Shown here one piece after another: positions 1 through 7,396 of a stretch of 32,000 bases of DNA; the stretch's first letter is position 1; every line of letters begins with the position of its first letter. Below the pieces are notes generated by a model. That model had not been told where the DNA came from. It did no database searches and saw nothing but the letters and a program-made list of their open reading frames with translations. This DNA is from Desulfotalea psychrophila LSv54 (GTDB lineage: Bacteria; Desulfobacterota; Desulfobulbia; Desulfobulbales; Desulfocapsaceae): assembly GCF_000025945.1 (NCBI RefSeq), contig NC_006138.1, positions 390,001 through 422,000 on the forward strand. Direction: 5' to 3'. Both the position numbers and the translations under genes were made by a program.

Positions 1-307
1 GCAGGCTTCGATGATCTCCTTGAATTTCTATCACTCCCCCTTTAACGGTACCCCCGGAACCACATTTTTGTTTAAGCTGCTTGGCATATTTCTTTAGATC
101 CGCCTCCACCAATGGCAGACCTGTAACAAGGGTCACCCCAGCGCCCTTACGACCTTTGCTCTGACGACTTACCCGCACGACACCATCAATGGCTATTACC
201 GTTTTTCCCTGGCTACAGCGACAGGCCTTGACTGGATGACCACATTTAGGACAAACCTTACCAACTTCGGTGGAATAGACCAGGCCCTTATTTTTTACAT
301 TTTTCAT
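1..307 (-). CDS. yciH: Translation initiation factor SUI1/YciH family protein (first 102 codons; 3' end lies beyond the window edge)
   Basis: This ORF is absent from the supplied track because it runs off the window. The reverse complement from ATG (307-305) reads [102 protein letters not shown] with no stop. The run [16 protein letters not shown]...LKxKCGxGGxVKxGxIEIQGDxR is the YciH/SUI1 signature as I remember it from E. coli YciH. Confidence 0.8.
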   Translation of the reverse strand, partial: MKNVKNKGLVYSTEVGKVCPKCGHPVKACRCSQGKTVIAIDGVVRVSRQSKGRKGAGVTLVTGLPLVEADLKKYAKQLKQKCGSGGTVKGGVIEIQGDHRSL

Positions 308-660
308 TGAGCACAGCCCCCTAGGGCAATTAATTTAGATAGAATTTTCACAACAGCCAACTAGCCCCGCAAGCAAGCTCATAACACTTCGATTTTTCCA
401 AGCATTTCCAAACAATTTCACCAAAGCTACAAAATTTGCAAAAATGTTTTTACTTTTCCACAGAAAAAGTGAGACAATAGAAGTACCTCTTAAGTAGATG
501 GGGGGGTAGTTACTGTTTTATGTCAATTGTTCTTGTTTCAAGGACGCACTCTGTTTCAGGACTGCAAATGGCAAGGAGCTGTCACACTAGATGTTAATAG
601 CATCAGTAGGGCAGGTCTTTCCTCAAGTCCGGAGCACAAACTTTATTAAAGAGATTTATC

Positions 661-861
661 ATGGCTGAAGGAACTGTGAAGTGGTTTAACGACGCTAAGG
701 GTTTTGGTTTTATCGAGCAAGAAGGTGGAGATGACCTTTTCGTACATCACACCAGCATCAATGCTAGTGGCTTTAAAACCCTCGAAGAAGGTGCACGTGT
801 AACTTTCGACATTGAACAAGGCCCCAAGGGTCCTGCTGCTGCGAATGTTACCGTTATCTAG
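661..861 (+). CDS. cspA: Cold-shock protein, CspA family (66 aa)
   Basis: The product has the RNP1-like motif KGFGFI and the RNP2-like motif FVHH in [33 protein letters not shown]. Its length is typical of CSD proteins. It is preceded by a roughly 350-bp non-coding region shared with divergent yciH, which leaves room for a long cspA-type 5' leader. Confidence 0.95.
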   Translation: MAEGTVKWFNDAKGFGFIEQEGGDDLFVHHTSINASGFKTLEEGARVTFDIEQGPKGPAAANVTVI

Positions 862-935
862 TGTCGAAAACTTTTAGGCAGGTCAGGGATAACAGCGCGT
901 GTAGAGGCTTGTCCTTAACCTGGTTAACCGTCAAG

Positions 936-969
936 AAGGCCCCTTTGGAGTAACCAGAGGGGCCTTTTG
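936..969. terminator. Hairpin terminator between convergent cspA and the NTF2-like gene
   Basis: GGCCCCT (938-944) pairs with AGGGGCC (958-964), and extra pairs extend the stem. TTTTGA follows on the plus strand. The hairpin lies 75 nt after the cspA stop and about 35 nt beyond the stop of the minus-strand gene. Confidence 0.55.
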
Positions 970-1002
970 AGTCTCAAGATAAGGGGAGAGAACTCAACTT
1001 AT

Positions 1003-1377
1003 CTAGACAAGAGGCTCTGCCTGAAATGTCTTAGAGACAATAATCCACTGGCCATTGTTCTTAATAAGGGAGAGGTAATCTGTAAAGAGCTTATCCACAA
1101 TGACAAGGTTAACCTTAACCATTGCATAGTTTTTATTGATAAAATCAATTGTCAAAACGTTATCTTCACGAGCTACCCCAGCCTTTTTAGAAGAAACACG
1201 ACTGGCAATACGCCCCTTTAAGACCTCACGATCTGCAATAACTACCTCGCCATTATCAACAAAGGAGATATGAGCATCTTTGTGAAAAACCTTCTCCATG
1301 GTTTCAGCATCACCTTCATAAAGCATAACAAAATACGTCTCTAAAAAATCTAAAATTTCTCTAATCTCTGCCTGCAT
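1003..1377 (-). CDS. NTF2-fold (SnoaL / putative lumazine-binding-like) small protein
   Basis: This is a 124-aa ORF with a strong SD (AGGAGGT, reverse complement of 1381-1387) 3 nt upstream of the ATG. Its pattern (YF..LYEGD...M..VFH.DA.......G......EV............... then FTDYLSLIK.NG.W.IVSKTF) matches my memory of the Lumazine_bd_2 / NTF2-like family. Confidence 0.7.
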   Translation of the reverse strand: MQAEIREILDFLETYFVMLYEGDAETMEKVFHKDAHISFVDNGEVVIADREVLKGRIASRVSSKKAGVAREDNVLTIDFINKNYAMVKVNLVIVDKLFTDYLSLIKNNGQWIIVSKTFQAEPLV

Positions 1378-1445
1378 ACGACCTCCTGTTAATTTTATTT
1401 CGCCGGTTATTAACCGGTCCGTTTTTCAGAAATGAAAAACGCCTC

Positions 1446-1467
1446 ATATACTAATATATTAGTATAT
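1446..1467. repeat. Perfect 22-bp AT-rich palindrome ATATACTAATATATTAGTATAT (candidate operator)
   Basis: Read directly: the sequence is identical to its own reverse complement. It lies 70-90 nt upstream of the NTF2-like gene start and overlaps -10-like hexamers on the minus strand. Confidence 0.6.
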
Positions 1468-1781
1468 TTGGGTAATATTACAACAAAAAAACGGACTGCC
1501 CTCTATGTAACGATTTGATACATGGTGTAAAGACATTAGAGGCAGCGATAATGCCCCATCCCCTTCCAACCATCTCTGCCCATGGCAGGCCCTGGCCAGC
1601 TCCAAAATCCTCTTAATCCCCAAGGCAGCTCACTGCCCCAACGCCACACACAATACGGAAATACATCGTAAAACCTATGTCTTCTTTCAAGAAAATAACT
1701 CCTTATCAGTGAAATAGCACCTGCTCTCATTAAAGAGATAGATTACCTCCCAACAGGGATGAAGAAAAAGCCAATAGATAT

Positions 1782-1828
1782 TTGACTTGATTAAGTAACT
1801 GTGTTTTAAATATATTTTTAGATATACT
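1782..1828 (+). promoter_or_regulatory. Promoter-like block upstream of HD-GYP gene 1, conserved in the duplicate
   Basis: There are two candidate arrangements: TTGACT (1782-1787), 17 nt, TTTAAA; or TGTGTT, 17 nt, TATACT (1823-1828). The whole block recurs almost unchanged at 3365-3411 upstream of paralog 2. Confidence 0.35.
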
Positions 1829-1891
1829 CCGTGCATGGGAATGCCCCCCCCCGGCAAGGAAAAATGTGTCCCGAAACAATCTTGAAGAGCT

Positions 1892-3289
1892 ATGAAAGAC
1901 AATATCTCCAGAATTTTCCACACCTCGAAGCTAAGAAATATCTTCCTATTATGCTTTGCCATAGCAGCCCTACCGCCCGCCTACAACACATTCTTCCTAC
2001 TACCCGCCTTCACCGAACAGCTTATATCGAATACCGAAGAGAACGCCCAACGGGTAGTCACCCATATGGGTTCTTCGGCATTTTCAAATGCCACCCTGTT
2101 TAACAGGGACTCTCTAACAGCGCAGACAGGCCAGATTGCCCAAAGAACCCAGAAAGATTTCCAGATAGAAAAAATCACCGCCTTCTCCAGATCAGGGGAA
2201 ATATTTTTCTCCACCCATGAGGAGGAGATAGGTAAAACAAATCACAGTCCATACTTTTCAGATGTCGTCGCCAGGGGAAATATCTACTCTACCATTGTTA
2301 AATCCCAGACCGTGACCGCAGAGGATCTCCCGGCAAAAAGAAATATGGCGGATATCTATATTCCGGTGCTGCAGGACGGGAAATTTGCGGGAGCAGTTGA
2401 AATATACTATGACATCACAACACCTAAGAGAACGCTGGAAAAACGTCTGCACAGATCCTCCCTCATCATGCATACCATGTCCACGATTTTCCTCTTCCTT
2501 GCCGTCCTTATGCTTCTGAGAATAAGCAGGGCCGTCAGCCAACGGGTGATGACGGAAAAATCCCTCCTCCTCTCTCAGCAGAAGCTGGAGAACAGGGTCT
2601 CCGTCCAGATGCGTGAGATAGAGGTTAACAAGAAAATCTCAATAGAGGCCATGGCCGTTTTGGCAGAATACTATAATGCCGACACAGGAGGACATCTGGC
2701 CAGGATCCAGGAATATGTAGCAATTCTCACCGCATCCCTGATGAGAAACTCTCCCTACGCCAAGTACCTGCACGATCACCCGCACTATACAGATAATATC
2801 ATTCAGGCATCGCTTCTCCACGATATCGGCAAGGTGGTTATTCCAAGAAAAATACTGGAAAAACCGGGAAAGCTGACAAAAGAGGAGTATGATCTGGTAA
2901 AAACACACACCGTAGTTGCAGGTGAGGTACTGAACAGGGCCAATATAGAATTTTCAGAGTACTTCAATAAAGATAGCTATCTGGCACTGGCTGCAGATAT
3001 CGCTCTCTATCACCACGAAAGATGGGACGGCACAGGCTACCCCCATGGTCTACAGGAAACTGAGATCCCCCTGGCCGCCAGGATTGCGTCCCTAGCCGAT
3101 GTCTATGACGTCCTGAGAAGCAAGAGGGCCTACAAAGAGGCCTACTCCCACGCAGATTCAGTGGCTGAAATTATAAAAGAAAAGGGTAAGCAGTTTGACC
3201 CCTGTGTCACCGAGGCCTTTCTCAGCATGGCAGACAGTTTCTGTGAAATTTCGTCGAAAAACAACAGTAACATCTCAGCAAAGGCATAG
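1892..3289 (+). CDS. Membrane-anchored periplasmic-sensor HD-GYP domain protein (predicted c-di-GMP phosphodiesterase), paralog 1
   Basis: The 465-aa product has TM1 (about residues 16-38), a periplasmic stretch of about 150 aa, TM2 (about 190-215), a coiled linker and an HD-GYP domain. The domain motifs are HLARIQ, LLHDIGKVVIP and HHERWDGTGYP. Confidence 0.9.
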   Translation: MKDNISRIFHTSKLRNIFLLCFAIAALPPAYNTFFLLPAFTEQLISNTEENAQRVVTHMGSSAFSNATLFNRDSLTAQTGQIAQRTQKDFQIEKITAFSRSGEIFFSTHEEEIGKTNHSPYFSDVVARGNIYSTIVKSQTVTAEDLPAKRNMADIYIPVLQDGKFAGAVEIYYDITTPKRTLEKRLHRSSLIMHTMSTIFLFLAVLMLLRISRAVSQRVMTEKSLLLSQQKLENRVSVQMREIEVNKKISIEAMAVLAEYYNADTGGHLARIQEYVAILTASLMRNSPYAKYLHDHPHYTDNIIQASLLHDIGKVVIPRKILEKPGKLTKEEYDLVKTHTVVAGEVLNRANIEFSEYFNKDSYLALAADIALYHHERWDGTGYPHGLQETEIPLAARIASLADVYDVLRSKRAYKEAYSHADSVAEIIKEKGKQFDPCVTEAFLSMADSFCEISSKNNSNISAKA

Positions 3290-3364
3290 GAGAGATGAGG
3301 TGTTGGCTCACCATGAGGCAAGAGACAGCCTATGGTAGCAATGAGGGAAAACCCAAATAGACAA

Positions 3365-3411
3365 TTGACTTGATCAAGAAACTGTGTTTTAAGCATATTT
3401 TCAGGCATACT
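3365..3411 (+). promoter_or_regulatory. Duplicated promoter-like block upstream of HD-GYP gene 2
   Basis: There are two candidate arrangements: TTGACT (3365-3370), 17 nt, TTTAAG; or TGTGTT, 17 nt, CATACT (3406-3411). The block is collinear with 1782-1828. Confidence 0.35.
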
Positions 3412-3481
3412 TCGTGCTTGGGAGAGAAAAGGCTCCCCCGGTAAGGAGTAAATCTGCCATGAAAACAATTTGAAAAAGCTT

Positions 3482-4891
3482 ATGAAAAACAATATCTCCA
3501 GAATTTTTCACACCTCGAAACTGAGAAACATTTTCCTCTTATGCTTTGCCATAGCAGCCCTGCCGCCGGCCTACAACACCTTCTTCCTGCGACCCGCCTT
3601 CACCAAACAGCTTATATCAACTACCGAAGAAAACGCCCAACGGGTAGTCACCCATATAGGTTCTTCGGCATTCTCAGCTGCCGAAGTCTTTAACAAGGAA
3701 TCTCTGACAACGCAAACAAAGCAGATTGCCCAGAAGAGCCAGAAAGATTTCCAGATAGAAAAAATCACCGCCCTTTCCAAATCAGGAGAAATATTTTTTT
3801 CCACCCTAGAGGGGGAGATAGGTAAAATAAATCACAGTCCATATTTTGCAAATATCGTCGCCAAGGGAAATATCTACTCCACCATTGTTAAATCCCAGAC
3901 CATAACGGCAGAACACGATCTGCCCCAAAGAGATATGGCGGATATGTATATCCCGCTACTGCAGGATGGAAAATTTGCAGGGGCAGTTGAAGTACACTAT
4001 GACATCACGGCAGCCATGAGCAACCTGGAAAAATCTCTGCACAGATCCTCCCGGATTATGTATACCATCTCCACGTTTTTCCTCTTCTTTGCTGTCCTTA
4101 TGCTTTTGAGAATGAGCAAAGCCGTCAATCAACGGCTAATGACGGAAAAAGCCCTCCTACGGTCTCAGCATAAACTGGAAAACAGGGTCTCCGTCCAGAC
4201 GCGTGAAATTGAGATTAACAAGAAAGTTTCAATGGAGGCCATGGCCGTTTTGGCAGAGTACCATAATAAAGATACCGATGGACATCTGGCCAGAATCCAG
4301 AGATATGTGGCTCTTCTTACCTCATACCTGAGCAAAAACTCCCCCTATGCCAAATATTTCGACAAGCGCCCGCACTATACAGATAATATCATACGGGCAT
4401 TGCTTCTCCACGATATCGGAGAGGTGGCTATTCCGAAAACAATACTGGAAAAGCCTGGCAAACTGACAAATGCTGAGTATGATTTAGTAAAAACACATAC
4501 CGTGATTGCAGGCGAGGTACTCAACAGGGCGAATGTAGAGTTTTCAGAATATTTCAACAGGGACAGCTATCTGGCACTGGCTGCAGATATCGCACTCTAT
4601 CACCACGAAAGATGGGACGGCGCAGGCTACCCCAATGGCCTGCGGGGTGCAGCAATCCCCCTTGCCGCCAGGATTGTGGCCCTGGCCGATGTCTATGATG
4701 CGCTCAGAAGCAAGAGGGCCTACAAAGAGGCCTACCCCCATGCAGATTCAGTGGCTGAAATTATAAGAGAAAAGGGTAAGCAGTTTGACCCATATGTCAC
4801 CGAGGCCTTTCTGGCCATGGCAGACAGTTTCCATGACATCTCATCAAAAAACAGTGGCGCCAGTTCTACTGAAACAGAAGGTAAAAAATGA
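3482..4891 (+). CDS. Membrane-anchored periplasmic-sensor HD-GYP domain protein, paralog 2
   Basis: The track ORF starts at TTG 3470. ATG 3482 (MKNNISRIFHTSKLRN...) aligns exactly with the start of paralog 1 (MKDNISRIFHTSKLRN...). The architecture is the same, and about four fifths of residues are identical by eye. The GYP motif is HHERWDGAGYP. The HD motif reads HDIGE instead of HDIGK (GAG at 4421-4423 versus AAG in copy 1). Confidence 0.9.
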   Translation: MKNNISRIFHTSKLRNIFLLCFAIAALPPAYNTFFLRPAFTKQLISTTEENAQRVVTHIGSSAFSAAEVFNKESLTTQTKQIAQKSQKDFQIEKITALSKSGEIFFSTLEGEIGKINHSPYFANIVAKGNIYSTIVKSQTITAEHDLPQRDMADMYIPLLQDGKFAGAVEVHYDITAAMSNLEKSLHRSSRIMYTISTFFLFFAVLMLLRMSKAVNQRLMTEKALLRSQHKLENRVSVQTREIEINKKVSMEAMAVLAEYHNKDTDGHLARIQRYVALLTSYLSKNSPYAKYFDKRPHYTDNIIRALLLHDIGEVAIPKTILEKPGKLTNAEYDLVKTHTVIAGEVLNRANVEFSEYFNRDSYLALAADIALYHHERWDGAGYPNGLRGAAIPLAARIVALADVYDALRSKRAYKEAYPHADSVAEIIREKGKQFDPYVTEAFLAMADSFHDISSKNSGASSTETEGKK

Positions 4892-5109
4892 TAAAGATAA
4901 TCTTTTCCAAAACCCTATGCGCTCTCCTGCTTTTAGCGTCCATTACCTGCATGATTTCCTATAGGATTATTGGCTCCAGCATTGACAGCGAAGGTTTCTT
5001 ACACGAACCATTTGCCCTCATTCCCCTCGGATGGCTCTTCTTCTTTTTAACTCTATTGACCGGAGGTGGCTACCTGCTCAGGACCATTCTCAAAAAAATA
5101 GCTCAATAA
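4888..5109 (+). CDS. Small two-TM membrane protein, DUF3955-like
   Basis: This 73-aa ORF starts in an ATGA overlap with the stop of HD-GYP paralog 2. It has two hydrophobic helices flanking IGSSIDSEGFLHEPFALIPLG. That resembles the GS..DG.L.EPFFLIP core I recall for DUF3955. Confidence 0.6.
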   Translation: MIKIIFSKTLCALLLLASITCMISYRIIGSSIDSEGFLHEPFALIPLGWLFFFLTLLTGGGYLLRTILKKIAQ

Positions 5110-5205
5110 ACAGGTGCTCCCCCAATCATCATAGGCAGAGAATCTTAAAGGGAGCACATCCACATAGAGGCGCCTGTTCAAACCTTAATGGCAGACGCAT
5201 TTGGC

Positions 5206-5955
5206 CTATTTTTTCCCGCCGCCATTACCGCCGCCATTACCACCACCATTACCACCACCATTACCACCACCGCTACCGCCACCGTTACCCTTGCCACCAG
5301 AGTTCCCTCCGGAATTTCCCTGAGCACCATGACCGCCCCTACCTGCCTTATCCTGACCTCTGTTTCCCATGCCCTTACTACCATGGTCCTTAGCACCGGG
5401 AGAGCCGCTACTGAAATTTTTATCCCGCAACTGCCCAGGACCCGCCCCTCTGTTAGACTGAGCAAAGGCCGCGCCCTCCACCGGATCAATAGAGGCACCA
5501 CCTTTTTTACTGTGGCCAAGACCAATGACACCGGGATGCACCCCCAGTTCATGGGCTATCTGCCCCCATCCCATTTTATCTTCCATACGCATGGAATAAA
5601 TATCCGCTGCAACGGTTCCCGTGGTATGAGCTATGGCCTCCGCATAGGCCAAACGAGCCTGCTCAAGATTTTCCAGAGCGTCTTGAGCCTCTGGCGCTTC
5701 AGGGTCAGCGGCGTCATACGCGGCCCTGGCCCCATCCAATCTCTCTGCAGCGGCCATAGCCTCGGCATCCGTTGTGGTACTCGCAGCCTCGGCAAGATTT
5801 GCTGCGTGCCCTGCCTGAGCAGCATTTTGATAGTTCGGTTGCTCATTATCAAGATTCGCCTCCTCTCCCTCTGCTGCTATAAGCATTTGAGGTGATAAAA
5901 GAAGAAAAGAAATCACAAAAAATTTACATAATCGATTTACCCGTTTCACAAACAC
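5206..5955 (-). CDS. Secreted Ala/Asp-rich protein with C-terminal Gly/Asn repeat tail, function unknown
   Basis: The N-terminus has a signal peptide (KFFVISFLLLSPQMLIAAEG). The C-terminus reads GGNSGGNSGGKGNGGGSGGGNGGGNGGGNGGGNGGGKK. The start is GTG 5955 or, better spaced from AAGGG, GTG 5949 (MKRVNRL...). The opposite-strand ORF 5188..5895 is low-complexity with no SD. Confidence 0.6.
   Translation of the reverse strand: MFVKRVNRLCKFFVISFLLLSPQMLIAAEGEEANLDNEQPNYQNAAQAGHAANLAEAASTTTDAEAMAAAERLDGARAAYDAADPEAPEAQDALENLEQARLAYAEAIAHTTGTVAADIYSMRMEDKMGWGQIAHELGVHPGVIGLGHSKKGGASIDPVEGAAFAQSNRGAGPGQLRDKNFSSGSPGAKDHGSKGMGNRGQDKAGRGGHGAQGNSGGNSGGKGNGGGSGGGNGGGNGGGNGGGNGGGKK
5212..5295. repeat. 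Tandem 12-nt coding repeat (ATTACCACCACC, three perfect units plus degenerate flanking units) encoding (GGGN)n on the minus strand
   Basis: Read directly: the perfect units are at 5236-5247, 5248-5259 and 5260-5271, with degenerate units on both sides. Confidence 0.9.
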
Positions 5956-6043
5956 ACCCTTATTTAAATTTTATCAAGACAGACTATTTTTTATTACCCG
6001 GAATCCAGCTAATAGTGATTCAATATCCCTATAAGACGACCAA

Positions 6044-7045
6044 CTAATCCCTGGTAGTAAAGAAATTAACCGATTCATCGATACGAAGTCTCCTACCCCT
6101 TACCTTTATATACTGTGGAGTGGCAAACCAACTGAGTTTAACCTTCCCCCGGGACAATGCGGGGAACTTCTTGAGCAGATACCTCTTAATAGAGAGGGCA
6201 CGTTGTTTGGCAAGGGATAAATTATTCTTTTGATAGGTCACCACCTGTAAAACAGCACCATCCATACGAGAACTAATCTCTCCTATTGACTGCAATGACT
6301 GTAGGCCTTCCGCCGTTAAAACTGCAGAAAATGGCTGCCATCTTATCCTGGCCACTGTCACCGTCCTGGCACCAAGATAATAATTTCTAAAACTATAATT
6401 TCTTAACAAATTAAGATTATCAGTAGCCTCTTTGCCAAGATCTCCATTGGCATGAAAACGCAAATATTCCTGCCAGGCCAACTCCTCTTCAGGAATTCGA
6501 TGCAGCTTTTTCAAAATAAAGGCCCGGTTATAGAGGGCAACAGGACTCTTAGGCCATATGGCAATGGCCCGGGAATAAAAGGGAAGGGCCTCTGAATATT
6601 TTTTACGTTCAAATAAATTATGGCCAAGATATGTTAATGCCTGAAGATAACGGGGGTCACGCTTAAGTGCCCTGCGATAATCAGCTGCTTCATTTTTATT
6701 TTGGCCAAGATCGGCAAAGGCCATAGCTCGCCAGAAATAATACTCCGCCTTATTCTCATTAATGAGGCAGGACTTATTAAAATATTTCAATGAGTTCTTG
6801 GCTTTTCCATTCTGGAGAAGAAAACGGCCATAATAATAATTTGCACTGGCACTTTGCGGGTTTTCCCTCACCTCCTCCCTAAAACTCTCCTGCCCGGCTC
6901 TGTACTTTTTGCTTGAGAGATAATAATCTCCCTTTACAGAATGGGTGAGCGTATTACCAAAATCTTTAACGAAACATCCGGAAATAAAAAGAGGAAATAG
7001 CACAATGATAACAGACAGATATTTTCTACAAAAATTCTTGCCCAT
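6044..7045 (-). CDS. TPR-repeat lipoprotein with degenerate OmpA-like C-terminal domain
   Basis: The track ORF begins at GTG 7087. ATG 7045 gives MGKNFCRKYLSVIIVLFPLFISGC, a lipoprotein signal with a lipobox Cys. Several TPR-like units follow (ANYYYGRFLLQNGKAKNSLKYF, AEYYFWRAMAFADLG, ALTYLGHNLFERKKYSEALPFY). The C-terminal 100 aa follow an OmpA-like pattern (LSLAKQRALSIKRYL). Confidence 0.75.
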   Translation of the reverse strand: MGKNFCRKYLSVIIVLFPLFISGCFVKDFGNTLTHSVKGDYYLSSKKYRAGQESFREEVRENPQSASANYYYGRFLLQNGKAKNSLKYFNKSCLINENKAEYYFWRAMAFADLGQNKNEAADYRRALKRDPRYLQALTYLGHNLFERKKYSEALPFYSRAIAIWPKSPVALYNRAFILKKLHRIPEEELAWQEYLRFHANGDLGKEATDNLNLLRNYSFRNYYLGARTVTVARIRWQPFSAVLTAEGLQSLQSIGEISSRMDGAVLQVVTYQKNNLSLAKQRALSIKRYLLKKFPALSRGKVKLSWFATPQYIKVRGRRLRIDESVNFFTTRD

Positions 7046-7396
7046 GTAATTAATTCTCCCTGTTAACAGATAATGCCTTAAGGCCACGGCAGTTACAAAA
7101 TTTTACTATATTTTAATGGGATTAAATTAAAACGACAAGCGCAAAGAATTTGGCACAAAAGGTTTGCTCCGACCTCTAACTAAAAAGTTATTTTCTTAAT
7201 AGATTGGACCTGCATGAGATCACAGAGAAAAATAGAAAAGAGCCTCTACTGTTACGCCTCTATTAAAAGGGGAAAAATTTATTGCCCTTGCAAGGTCCGT
7301 CATAAAAAGCAGTTCAGCTTGACAATATCTCTGCCCCACGAAACAGGACTTCGTATAAGGCATTGATTTTGAAAAACATTGTTTCTCACCTTTCCC

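Noticed and set aside
1829-1891. c-di-GMP riboswitch in the conserved HD-GYP leaders (also 3412-3481)
   Set aside because: The leaders are only about 60-70 nt past the candidate -10. I could not recognise the GEMM-I/II conserved cores in them. The conservation is explained by the recent duplication.
1536-2103. Four overlapping ORFs of 63-91 aa (1536..1730-, 1687..1962-, 1730..1921-, 1831..2103+)
   Set aside because: Their composition is Trp/Cys/Gly/His-rich and atypical. None has a properly spaced SD. They overlap one another, the duplicated promoter block and the HD-GYP start, so I treat them as non-coding.
5188-5895. 235-aa plus-strand ORF overlapping the Gly/Asn-tail gene
   Set aside because: This is an antisense shadow of 5206..5955. 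It begins with the low-complexity run ITAAITTTITTTITTT produced by reading the 12-nt repeat backwards. It has no SD. The minus-strand frame, in contrast, has a signal peptide and an SD.
7151-7168. TGGCAC...TTGCT sigma-54-like motif
   Set aside because: The GG-to-GC spacing is 2 nt too long (14 instead of 12). The motif is on the plus strand, pointing into the 3' end of a minus-strand gene, so it has nothing to transcribe.
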